Shown: positions 26,437-39,114 of the stretch, one piece after another | Position numbering within the stretch: the stretch's first letter is position 1 | Layout of the letters: each line of letters opens with the position of its first letter | Assembly: GCF_006345805.1 (NCBI RefSeq) | Contig: NC_043017.1 | Location: forward strand, 13,454,001-13,518,000 | Direction: 5' to 3' | Length of the DNA: 64,000 bases | DNA from: Octopus sinensis | Lineage: Eukaryota | Translations under genes and position numbers: made by a program | Notes under the pieces: model-generated | The model's database searches: none | What the model saw: only the letters and a program-made list of their open reading frames with translations | What the model was told of the DNA's origin: nothing

Positions 26437-27070
26437 TTAAACTCATATTGAATTCATTTTATTATAGCACTACAGAGAATGTCTGGTCTTCAAATGGACA
26501 AGAAAATTCCCCTTCATCCCAGGCCTCATAATATTTGAAAATGCAAAGAGCGACCGGCACTTCCTCATTGTAATATTAATATTTGATATAGACTTAGCCT
26601 TTCATCCTTTTGGGATGGAATCGGCTAGCCCTCCTCTCTTAAAATTGCTGGACTTGAGCCAAAATTTGACACCAATATTAATATTTCAAGTAGGTGAAAT
26701 GGTTACTGAAACAGTTACTGTATTTTTTTAATATTTTTATTTTGTCCCTAGTAGCCCTTACTTAATGGATCCTATGATCAAGATCTTCCAAGCCATAACT
26801 GTCCTGTCCTATCTTTTTCTACCTGTTAATGTGTAGGAGAACATTATTCAATGTCATTTTCCTTTTAAGATGGTGAGTATAGGTGTGGCTGTCTGGTAAG
26901 AAGTTTATTTCTCAACCACATGCTTACAGATTCCCACTTAGGCACATTGTAATATAATATAATAGTTCGTGTTTGCTTTTTTTTTTTTATACGTAAAAAG
27001 TGTGACATAAAAAAAAAATCCATTTGCACCAAAAGCTTCCTCCATCTTCCCTTCTTTTGGACTTTCCTCT

Positions 27071-27105
27071 ATTTCTGAAGAAGAGCTTTGCTCGAAACGT
27101 AAAAT
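27071..27105 (+). ncRNA. Minimal type-I hammerhead ribozyme-like motif
   Basis: ATTT-CTGAAGA-A-GAG(CTTTG)CTC-GAAA-CG-T-A-AAAT: intact CUGANGA and GAAA core, 4-bp stem I, palindromic ACGU stem III, GUA triplet. Confidence 0.6.
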
Positions 27106-27204
27106 CCTCTTCTTTCCCTTCTTGAGCATGTGATAATAAAGTTCTTGTACCGCGTCCTCGCGTTGTTGTTTGTTCTTGTTTGTTTGAAATCACTATATTT
27201 GTAT

Positions 27205-27809
27205 ATGTATATATATGTAACAAATGAAAGACAGAAGATGGAATATACAAAAATATATTATTATATTATTAATCACAACAATTGTTTCTATACATCTAGC
27301 GTCAACTCCTCTTGTGGGACACACAAAAACTGGTTCAGGAGTATCCGGTGGTGCAGACGTATCTTGTCGGGTGATAAACAAATAAAAAATCTCGTTAAAA
27401 TGACTGTTCTGTTTTGTAGGGAGAAAATCAGCCACATGGAGGAATTCTTCATACATATAGAATATCCAAAGATAAAATTGCAGAAGACAAAAAGAGAAAT
27501 GAACACTTAATCCAGTGGGAAAATGTATTGAAAATAACCATTAACTGATATGGATGTATAAATGCCCTTGGACAAGCAGCACGGCACGAGTACATATGCT
27601 CATACAAGCATTAGCTTGTATGAGCATATGCACACGCGAGCATTCGCAAAAATGTGAGCATACGCACATGCGAGGTTAGGTGCACTCATGATTACAAAGC
27701 GAGTTAGATATTTAGTAGGTGTTTAGAAGAACGGGGAGGTTTAAAGTAAATCTAAGTCATCCATACCTTAAAGTAAAATAAAATAAAATTATACTAAGTT
27801 AACGGTTAC
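27205..27809 (-). mobile_element. Probable 3' non-coding region of the Penelope-like element
   Basis: Follows the endonuclease stop codon and ends in a degenerate ...AAGAGGAG...GAAACAATTG... AT-rich terminus next to a TA microsatellite. Confidence 0.45.
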
Positions 27810-28094
27810 TCAAAATTCATTTTTACTGCATTGTGCCAAAGTACATTTATATGCGTGTAGGCATCTTGATAGTCTTTCAGAAATTGTATTAATGATCTTC
27901 TCGTTAGTCCATGGAATAGACAGGGATTTCTTGGAGCAGAGACGGTATCTCCTGGAAACTGTACTGTATGGATTTGCATGTCTAACTATGGACCAAGTAA
28001 TGTAGTATTTTGTATTAGCCTCCTTCAGTCACCATATAAAATCTGCCAAAGAAGTCGAATGTCTCTTATTGATTGAACGAAAGCTGGCAACATG
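27810..28094 (-). pseudogene. Penelope-like element GIY-YIG endonuclease C-terminal fragment with one in-frame stop
   Basis: Manual translation (absent from the ORF track): HVASFRSINKRHSTSLADFIW*LKEANTKYYITWSIVRHANPYSTVSRRYRLCSKKSLSIPWTNEKIINTISERLSRCLHAYKCTL. It fits the PLE endonuclease tail pattern H..SF......T.L...IW.LK....Y.I.W.I...A..Y......C.LC......I......N...E....C.H. Confidence 0.75.
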
Positions 28095-28289
28095 TATGTG
28101 TATATATATATATATATATACATATATGCATTATCCATGCACAGGAGCCATCCGGACTCCCGTTTCCACCGTGAACAGGGATTAATCTTCTCTCTTCGTT
28201 CCTTTGCACCACATGGACTCAACTCCTCTCCCCTCTTCATCTAGCCTCCTCCACTCGCCTCTCTTCCCCTCACATATACTTCCTCCCAT

Positions 28290-28506
28290 GAGGTTCAATA
28301 CATCCTCAATGACATGATGGTGAGCATGTATGACATGGGCATACAAAATCTGCCCCAATGCCTACAAAAATGCATCGACCAAAATGGTAATTGTGTAGAA
28401 AAGTAGATAAATGTTCAAACTTTAAATTAATGTAAACATCATTGACAATAAACATTTTTGTGATTTCTAAATATTTTTGGAAACCTTACTTTTGGGATTA
28501 CCCTTA
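28290..28506 (+). mobile_element. mariner-type transposon 3' end (transposase C-terminus plus TIR)
   Basis: 28326-28406 encodes MYDMGIQNLPQCLQKCIDQNGNCVEK*, resembling the mariner FY..GI..LP.RWQKCID.NG.YVEK tail. It is followed by a TIR-like CCTTACTTTTGGGATTACCCT. Confidence 0.7.
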
Positions 28507-28535
28507 AATATATATATTTGTATGCATACATATTC

Positions 28536-28586
<51 letters not shown>

Positions 28587-28630
28587 TATATATATATACA
28601 CACACACCCATATATATTTGTATGTATGTT

Positions 28631-28687
<57 letters not shown>

Positions 28688-30654
28688 CACGTAATTAATA
28701 TGCCAATTTGTTTTTTGTACATACCTGACAGGTGTGTCATGCTTAAGAAATCTTGTTGCTTAAAGAAAAATTTTTAACTAGAAATCTTGTAATTTCTGGA
28801 AGAGATTTGAAACTACCACCTATGTGTTGAATTACTACTGTTCAATACCCATGCCTACTGGGGCCACCTAAGCAGCAACGAAGTTAATGAGAAAATTTTG
28901 ATACTTAAATGTGATGTCTGTGTTGAGTCAGGAAGAGAGGAAGTGTGAGCAAAAGAGAGAGTGAGAGAGGGAGTAACTGATAAATATTTGAATTCTTTTT
29001 TAAGATTGAACTGAAATTGACCCCTCGCTACTAAAGGCCCAATCACACACACACACACACACGCATTTGTTTTAGGTCTTCTATCCATTTGAATTCGGCC
29101 ATACACCAGATAACATGTTAAGTCTTATGTTCCGAAATTTAAATTTTGAATTTGTTTTAATTATAGAATTACGCCTCAGTTAAAAAACATCTTTTGGCTT
29201 TCAAATACAACCTTTCTCTTTCTCTTTCTATATCTTTTGTTAAGTTACAGTTTCATGTTTTGGTCAGGATTTTTCCAATTTCCTTTTTTCTTGTCTCATG
29301 TAATGGATGAAAGCATTTAAAGAAAAGCTAAATTCATAGGCCTGAACAAAATCAAAAATATTAATTCTATTTTTTCATTTCCCTTAATACTAACAAGAGC
29401 AGAGTATGAAAGAGATTTGGCTGTTATGGCTAGCAAATTGAACAACCACACAGAGTTGTTCAATTGGCTCATTTGCCGATGTTATAAGTAAACAAAACTA
29501 AAAGATACACACACACACACATATATAAATATATGTGTGTGTGGTATGTGGTGAAGCAAATTCTGCTGAACCCTAATTATAATTATGCTTATAATTATAG
29601 AATTTTTGTATAAGTTTACCGATAATGGTTCTTTTAACATACCGAACTACTTGGTAAAATTATTTATTATTAATTGGTTAATTAATTTTACCCTTTATTA
29701 TTACTGATACACATGTATATATAGATAATAATAATAATAATTGTGTACAGTGCTCAGGTGCACTACAACTCATCTAAAGTGTATATATAATCAGGTGTAG
29801 TTTCGGCGGATTTCGGAAAGCATGAGGGCCTTAAAGGATGCAGTGTCATGAAAATATACAGATATACAGATATATTTGTAAAGGTTAATAAAATTTAATA
29901 TGTACTCAATGCATAAAGTGTCATTGTTGGGCCCAAGATCCAATGAAGAGCCCTCCACAAGAGTAACTTAAAATCCACCCTATCAGGTGGCTTTTATGCT
30001 AGTATATATATATATATATATATATAATTTAAAAATAGGATAAAATCTTTATAAGAACTTATCAAGTAGTCAGCGTGAAAAACCTCATAAGATCCACCAA
30101 TTTTTTCACTTAAATATATTTATTTATATTATATAGAGGGCATTACTACACATAAAGTCCCTCCTAGCGTGTGGCATTTACGTGTAGTAATGGCCTCTAT
30201 ATAATATATATATATATTTATACACATACAGACTCACACGCACATGCAGTATAAGATCAAGTTGACTCAACTCTCAGTATACAGTCATACCAACAGTAAA
30301 CACTCAGTGTTTGTATGTATGTATGAGATTAGTGCATATGTGTGTGTGGGTGTGCGGACACATGCCCTGGATATCCACTCTCTCTCCACTTATTCTATGC
30401 TTTTGCTCAACTGATCTAATTCAAAACCAGCTTCTAAATCCAGCCAATCGTATATCTCAATTTCTCTGCTGTCACAGTGTTGTATTTTAATCCATTATCC
30501 AGCCACATCCTCTCTGTGGAACCAGGAACACATCAAAGAAACTCCAGATCAACAGTGTCCAGAATCAGCCTAATTAAACTATATCAGTGTGTGTGTGTGT
30601 GTGTGGTGGTTGCAGTGTTACATAGTTTCCATATATTAAAATACAATACTGTGA

Positions 30655-30951
30655 CAACCAAAATGCAAATATATGGGAAACTACCACCTGTGTCATCTCT
30701 TGTGAAAGGTAGGAGAGTCCAGTTTGCTGGACATTGTTGTAGAGCTGAAAAAGAGATAATTTCTACTCTTCTCCTCTGGAAGCCATCTACTCGCAGTACC
30801 AGAGGGCGCACACTCTCCTACCCTGATGTAATCTCCAGGGATACAGGCATCCAGCAACAGGACCTCCGTAATGCCATGATGGACCGTGAAGTCTGGCGTA
30901 GCATGGTAAATTCCATTGTCTCGACCACGGTCGAACAATGATGATGATGAT
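30655..30951 (+). mobile_element. RTE-clade LINE 3' end with (GAT)n tail
   Basis: TKMQIYGKLPPVSSLVKGRRVQFAGHCCRAEKE...AMMDREVWRSMVNSIVSTTVEQ* is followed directly by gatgatgatg. Confidence 0.8.
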
Positions 30952-32974
30952 GTTACATAGTATGAGACTAATAATATCAAATATACAGACTCAACACACT
31001 TTTAACATAAGGCTCTATTGAGTACTTTTAGGGGTTTTTTTTTCACCACAAGGTAAGCAAAATCAACACACACACCATTTTAGTATTAATTACTTTTCAT
31101 GCTCACAGGGGTCAGATGAAATGTGCTTGCATATGTGTGTGTGTGTGTGTGTGTGTTTGTAAGGGATGGAGTTCTTTATCTTGCTTTCATGTGATGGTTG
31201 TAAATGAGCATAGTTTGTTTCTGTTTCTGATCTACTGGCAATGGGGAAATAATATCTTGCATGGAAACAGGTAAGAGTTGGCAGCCAGAGGGGCTTAGAT
31301 CAAACTCCCACCCCATACACTGCATACAACTTAAAAATAAAATTTTTTATTTAAATGTTGGGGCTGACCCTTTTCTTTTACTGCCTGCATCCTAGTTTTA
31401 GATGCAGGCACACTACATTCCTGCATGTTGTAAAAGGTGGCTAAAAGGGTTGGTGATAGGAAGGGTGTTGGGCCATAAAACACTGCTTCATAAAAAAATA
31501 TTTGTCCAACCCATGGAAAAGTGGATGTAAAACATTGTATGACATTTTCATCTGATGATCTGGACCAGAATGAATCCTGAAGCTAACAAATTTTTTTTTC
31601 TCCTTACATGTGTAATTGTAATTTAATGAAACATTGACTTTGGTGGGATTTGAACTCACAATGTAAAGTTCTGGAAGAAATGCTGCAAAACATTTTGTCT
31701 GACTTGTTAATGATTCTGCCAGTTCAATACTATAATAATAATAATAAACTACTCCAGCCAATATTTTAAGGATGGGACTACATTCACCCTCCAAAAAAAA
31801 AAAAAATACCCCAAAACCCTCAAACAGTTTAAAAGCAAAATGTGTCCAAAAATAAATTTATTTTTCCTTAAAAGACCTCGAAATAGCAAAAGAAATCAAG
31901 AAATCGGTGACCACATTTGAAAAGTTCATTTTATTTATAATCATCCTTGACATGGCGGGAGGTGAAGGGGGAGGAGGACAGGGTGGTTCCACAACACTTA
32001 GTCAAAGAAATCAGATATTATCAATAGCAATGCCAATTATCTAGATTACTTAAGTGTGCCCCACCCCGCACCTACCTCCACCATCTCCTCCTGCCTTTCT
32101 ACTGAAAGAAATGTCTCATTACTTCATTTGCAACACTCTTACATACATATATGTACACATACACATATATACATACACATAAATTATACACACACACACA
32201 CACACTTGTCACGATATTCTCAGAATGTTGTCTCTGTTAGTTCTACTCAAGTCCCAGCCTCACTCATTCCAGTGGCTGCTGGCTTTATATAAACAAGCCG
32301 TTCCTCCCATCCTCCTTTTTAACATTAAATATCATAATTTGGTTATACGTTAAACACTTTGAATATATATCAAACATATATTTATAACATGTCGCTGTCT
32401 CAGCATGACCAGAGTAAAGCAGAATACTAAGAGACACACACACACAGAGTACTGCTTAAATAAGTATTCAAAGAGACTGCTGGTTGGTACAAAGTCTATA
32501 TAGAATTCTTGGGATTGATGCTCTCCTAAAGGCGAGAAACAGGTGTGTTAGATATTGGATCTTGCTCAATTAAGAGAACTTACAAGAATTTGATTGCAAA
32601 TAGTTACAAGAACTTGTTTACATCCACAGTTTTGCTTTAAGGTTCTCTCACTAAAAACTTAACCTGACCTAAATATTTACCATAGAATATATATATATAC
32701 TCAAAATAAGCAACTCAAAGTAAGCAACGGTAATTTGGTACGATCGTCTCGTACATCATTTTATTAAATGTTGTAAGTATTACAACAGCTTTAAAATGCT
32801 GAGCACTCATCAGCCAATTATAGAGGTTTTCCATTAATACAAAAATTTTCATATCAAGTGGCAACATTATAGAGAAGGTAGGTATATAGACAAAGATGTG
32901 GATTTAAATTTTAAGAACATTTGAGGTAGTGGAGTCCATCAACTGATTGACTAAGATTTGGTTACTCCAGACTA

Positions 32975-33029
<55 letters not shown>

Positions 33030-34143
33030 TGGGCGTTCATTTTACAGCTACTTTTTTGTGCTGATATGGGTTACATGAATGTATTATTGAGGTTAGACTT
33101 TAGAGCCTGATGCTTTTCATGTCACCACTCTTCATGCATTTTTCAAGAAAGGGATCCCTTATTTCAAACATCTTTGAAGGCACAAAGCCAGCAAATTATG
33201 TCGACAAATGAAATGACTACAACAACACCACTGATAATTTGCAACTTTCATAGAGCACGAATGTCAACAAAAACAAAGACACATACATACACATCATCAT
33301 CATCATTTAACGTCCGTTTTCCATGCTAGCATGGGTTGGACGATTTTGACTGAGGGCTGGCAACCAGATGGCTGCACCGGGCTCCAGTCTTGATCTGGCA
33401 GAGTTTCTACAGCTGGATACCCTTCCTAACGCCAACCACTCCGAGAGTGTAGTGGGTGCTTTTTACGTGCCACCTGCACAGGGGCCAGTCAGGCAGTACT
33501 GGCAATGACCTCGCTCGAATCTTTTTACATGTGCCACCGGCACAGGTGCCAGTGAAGGAAGTGACGTTGGTAACGATCCATAACACACACATATATCTGC
33601 TTCTTTTGGTTTCTGTCAACCAAATTCACTTACAATATTTTCATTGGTCCAGAGCTATAGCAACAGAAATTTGCATATATGTGCATACATATATCATTGT
33701 TTTAACATCCGCTTTCCCATGCTTCCATGGGTCAGATGGAATTTATTGGAGCAAATTTCCTACAGCTGGATGTCCTTCTTGTCACCAACCCTCACCTGTT
33801 TCCAAGTAAGATAATATTCTCCATGACCAGACATGTTTTCATGGACAAATAGGAATAAAGGACACCACTTGTATAACAGTGATGCTTGTTTACAACTATC
33901 ATGCAATGTCAATTCAAGAAAACAGTAATACACATACAAACACACACATATATGATGGGCTTTTTTCAGTTTCTATTTATCAAACACACGTGTGTGTGTG
34001 TGTAATACATTTATATAAATTTTCCCATTCAGCTAATGGTGGTGTTGGTTTCTCTATACTGATTGTAGGCCAATTTGAATGAGGTGTTCTTATGTAAGAT
34101 AATACAATATCTTTCCTTGTTTTCAGTTACTGATGTCACCTTT

Positions 34144-34193
<50 letters not shown>

Positions 34194-35339
34194 CTTAACT
34201 TCTCACCTGCATGGCACAACATTTTTTTTAAAGACATTTATGACATATACACATATGGCAGTGCTTCAAGTAAATTATAGAACAGTTTTATCCCATACAC
34301 CTTGACCACACTAAATTCGTGACCTTAAAAAAATTTATTCAATATTTCAGAGAAACACGCTAAGCTCAGCATCTAAATCAATTTCCCAAAATGCTCTCTA
34401 CCATCAATGCCATTCATCACAACACAGTGGCATGGCCTGCCAGTAACAGCAAATTTCTCTACAACTCTTTATTTCCTTTCTTTTATTTGAAAAGGGGATA
34501 TCTTTCCTGAAATATTATCAGATCATTAAACAACTTATGTAAGCTAATAAAATATCTCCTCTTTGTTTTTATTTATTGACAACACCTTATATATTTGTCT
34601 AACTTACCACCAGCATTGCTCAATGTCTTTTTTTTTTACTAACATTTATATCACTTAGACTTTTGTCATCATTAAACTGGTATATTCTGAAGTAAAATTA
34701 TGATGGAAAGTTTTATTTTAGATATGAGCATCTTAAACTGAATCAGTTTTTTTATAATTGGGTTGTGTTAGTTGGGTGCAATTTGAGGAAAATTGTACCC
34801 TACTAGACATTAAGCAAAGTTTAAAGGAATGGAAGGGAGAGAGAGAGAGAGAGAAATAGCTGCAGTGATAATTTTGTCATTCAAACCAAAGCAGACATGA
34901 GATAATGATGGGTTTGAGTCAAAGAATTCTTCATAGACCTTAGTAAAAGTTCATTCATGAACTAAACATAATGATACAAGAGAGAAAGTGAGGGTGACAG
35001 AGCAGCAGGGTGGCAGGGGTGGATCAGATTTCTGTTCCATACCCATTACTCTAATAAATGTGAGTTTATCAAGAGATCAGCCATCATAAAATATATGAAA
35101 CAGATAACACTTTGTGCAACTATCCCAGCTGAGTTTCTTCAAAACAGTGAAGCGAGATGGAGGAAAAGTACCCCCTGCCTACCGTTATTAAATGGAATAT
35201 CATGATATAAACGCTACACTTTAAGATCAGGAATCTGGGAAATGTTCTGTCTAGTTCTAATCTATTTAGCATCAGTTATATCTCCTCTTGCAAGTTTGTT
35301 AACTGCTACAGATAAGAAGTTTCGCAAATTTTAGAGTTT

Positions 35340-35379
<40 letters not shown>

Positions 35380-36014
35380 AGTTACGAAAAATAAAACATT
35401 AATGAAAGAGGCTTTTTGTAGTTGCTCAGCTTGCTAGAAATAACAGCCAAATCTCCCTCAGATTATACCTTACTGCCTTAGATATACTGGACAAAACAGA
35501 TCTTGATATATAAAAGAGAGGATTGGTGGAATAGTTACAACTGGAACAACCTTGCGATCAAAGATCTACTCTATCAAGGATGACCTAGGGCTAAACAAGA
35601 AGGATTATTAAAAAAAACAACAACAAAAAGAAAGAAACAAGTATGAAGAACATTTGCAGATAATGGTACAAATGGGTTCCCATTATCTTCAAACGTTTTC
35701 TTGTGTTCTTTGTAATGAGTAAATATCCCAAGAATCTAAATATGATGAAGATATGAAGTTAATTGTTCATGGCTGTGTGTAATTGAGATAGATTTGTAAT
35801 AAGATATGTTGTTGCATTCATCCGTGAAAGAAACCAGGGGCGAAGGCGGGGTGGGTGGGGGGGGATTTATACAGTCATCGGAAATTATTATTCGCTAGTT
35901 ACCTGTGTGAATTTTGTGTGATAATATCACCGTGGCGCGATGGTATAATGTTTCACTGAGATTAGTTTACCGTGAAGGGTTCACTTACAAAATTGCATCA
36001 TGGTGAGAACAACA

Positions 36015-36238
36015 TACTCTTTTACTCATTTACTTGTTTCAGTCATTTGACTGCGGCCATGCTGGAGCACCGCCTTTAATCGAGCAAATCGACCCCGGGA
36101 CTTATTCTTTTGTAAGCCCAGTACTTATTCTATCGGTCTCTTTTGCCGAACCGCTAAGTAACGGGGACATAAACACACCAGGATCGGTTGTCAAGCAATG
36201 CTAGGGGGACAAACACAGACACACAAACACACACATGC

Positions 36239-36271
<33 letters not shown>

Positions 36272-36428
36272 TATGACGGGCTTCTTTCAGTTTCCGTCTA
36301 CCAAATCCACTCACAAGGCTTTGGTCAGCCCGAGGCTATAGTAGAAGACACTCGCCCAAGGTGCCATGCAGTGGGACTGAACCCAGAACCATGTGGTTGG
36401 TAAACAAGCTACTTACCACACAGCCACC
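36015..36428 (-). mobile_element. SINE family B
   Basis: Family B motifs on the minus strand. Confidence 0.85.
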
Positions 36429-36616
36429 TGAGAAATATGCTCTTCTTCTGGAGACATGAGAAAGCAGCACAAGCAACCACTCTTGCCTTCTCTAGGGTTA
36501 CAATGATGTCCAAACTCCAGAGGAACAGAATGCGGATCAAGTACCTTCAACAGTTGTGTGACAGCAGGTGATGGCTACAGCAGTTTGTCAATTCTAAGTC
36601 ATATTGGACTCTTTGC

Positions 36617-36907
36617 CAGTAGTGGACTGGTCTAAAAATATTGGTTGCCAGGAGACTAAGGGGGCCCACCCGCAACTACAATGTTATCATTTAATTTATT
36701 TTTTTGTTTAAAGTATTCTTTTCAACTGTCTACAAACATACCCAGGCTGAATTAATTAATGCATTCTTATAGGAGTGAATAAAAAATTCTCAAACTTGAA
36801 GGGATGGGCCCCTTAGATGCTAATATGGACCCCCCATATATGGATTCTAATGGTGCAGGGGCCCACTTGCCATTGAGCAAGCTGGCAACCTGGCCAGTCC
36901 GCCACTG
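36617..36907. mobile_element. hAT-type MITE
   Basis: Imperfect TIRs CAGTAGTGGACTGG / CCAGTCCGCCACTG; 8-bp flanks CTCTTTGC and CTCCTTGT (6/8 match) fit a decayed 8-bp TSD. Confidence 0.55.
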
Positions 36908-37782
36908 CTCCTTGTTATTGGACAAACATATCTCACTGACAAAACCACGAAGAATCAGTTTCTCGATTTAAAAATCCAAGGATACACGTAAGTGTCCTGA
37001 AGATTGTTGATCATGTATTGACCTACAGAGTCTTACGCCAATCCAAAGGAATTTACCCCTCAGCATTTAAACCAGCCATATCCAACCCAAATATTATACC
37101 TGTTTTATGTACAGATCAGCCATATTCAGCTTCTTACACCAACCCTACAATGCCATACTAAAAATAAACAAGCACATCATCAAAATCCCAACACAAAAAG
37201 ACAACCACCACCAACAACATCTACAACTTAGTAAAGACTACACTTCAAAGGACAGGCTTCATCTTCAGACCCGGTAATACTCTGAGGAGAACTCAATAGC
37301 TGGTGATTCTCTACAAGTCAAAGGTGTGACCACCAAGAGAATATTGATCATGTTTTGTGAGGAGAGTATAGTTCTTACACTCCTGAGTATTCTAGATGAA
37401 AATAAATATATCTAGCTGAATGGCAGAGCTTCATATATCAGTATACCACGAACACCAGTTCACAAAGCCAAGGAGATGATCCAATTTCTTCAGAAATTAT
37501 CTTATATGGGTCACCATAGATGAAATTTCACACTCTCCCTCTCTCTCAATATATATATATATATTATATATAAATAAAATCATTGTTTTAATAATTGCTT
37601 TTCTATGCTTGCATGGGTCAGACAATATTTGTTGAGGCAAATTTTTTTTATAGTTGGATGCTCTTCTTGTTGCCAACCTTCACCTGCTTCCAAATAAGGC
37701 AATATTTGCTAATGAAGTTCGTAAGAAAAATGTTTATTCCTTTGTCATCTCTCTTTCTTATATATATATGTGTGTGTGTGTG

Positions 37783-37814
<32 letters not shown>

Positions 37815-37815
37815 C

Positions 37816-37872
<57 letters not shown>

Positions 37873-37980
37873 CTATCTATCTATATATATATATAAAAAC
37901 AATGGCAGTGTGGAAGGTGTTTATAAGCCATTTAAAAACACACAAAAACTGTTAGATTCACTTCAACATTTCAATTTAAT

Positions 37981-38029
37981 TTGTCAAAATATTTCCGGCG
38001 CTTTGGGACTGCGACCTGATCACTGACAA
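37981..38029 (-). ncRNA. Hammerhead-like motif with G3-C8 core (position 13 is G in this copy)
   Basis: TTGTCA-GTGATCA-G-GTCGC(AGTCCCAAA)GCGCC-GGAA-ATAT-T-T-TGACAA. Confidence 0.45.
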
Positions 38030-38044
38030 AATTCAGCACAGAAT

Positions 38045-38095
38045 TTTGTCAGTGAAAAAGTTGTGGTCTCAAAGCGACGAAAATATTTTGGCAAA
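38045..38095 (+). ncRNA. Hammerhead-like motif, G3-type core variant (position 8 is A in this copy)
   Basis: TTTGTCA-GTGAAAA-A-GTTGT(GGTCTCAAA)GCGAC-GAAA-ATAT-T-T-TGGCAAA. Confidence 0.45.
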
Positions 38096-38919
38096 TTAAA
38101 TTTAAATGTTGAAGTTAATCTAACAGTTTTTGTGTGTTTTTAAATGGCTTATAAACACCTTCCACGCAGCAATTGTTTTTGTTTCAGCTCATGATCTCAG
38201 ATCAGGTCACTTGCTATGCAAGTACATCTCCATAATATACACATATACACACATCAATGCTCCTAGTATTGTATCTTCAGAAAGACTCTTCTGTATTCAT
38301 ATCTACACTCATTATTGTTTATATTACTCTACATAATTCCAAAAACTAATAAAGCATGTCTTAACCTTTTCTTTCCATTTTCTAATTAAAAATACAACAT
38401 TTGAAGTATTTAAAATTATTTTGGCAAGAATGGTAAAATATTCAAATCTCAATGTATTTCTGAAAGTCAGTTTATTTGTGAAAGACAAAAAAAAAAAAAA
38501 AAAAAATGAAAATGATATTAAATATTATAAAAAAAAAAAAAGCAACTCCCCTACACACACACATTTCTCTCAGATAAAGAAAAATAATAAAAAAAGGAAA
38601 TTTAAGACTATTAAGAAAGCAGATAAGTGAAGTTTGAAAGTAAGAAATAAAGAAGAATTAACGAGGAGAAAGTGTAATGACGAGAGATTTAAAGAGGTGG
38701 TGGCGGCAGCAGTGGTGGTGGTGGTGGGCATGTGTATTGGCTGGAGTTTGAGTAACTGGAGGAAGTTTCAAGATAAAAGGAGAGAGAAGGAAGACGAAAG
38801 AAGACAGAGGAGGAAAGTAGAAGAAAGAAAGAAAGAAAGATGGATAATATTGGAGAGGAGATATTTATTATCCAATCATAAGGAGGAAGAGGAAATTGGT
38901 AGCAGATACATACAAATGT

Positions 38920-38930
38920 TTGTGTGTGTC

Positions 38931-38974
<44 letters not shown>

Positions 38975-39068
38975 GTGTGGTGTGTGTATATATGTATATA
39001 TATATAATATGTGTGTATGTCTGTGTATATATGTATATATATATATATAATATATATATATATATATG

Positions 39069-39114
<46 letters not shown>

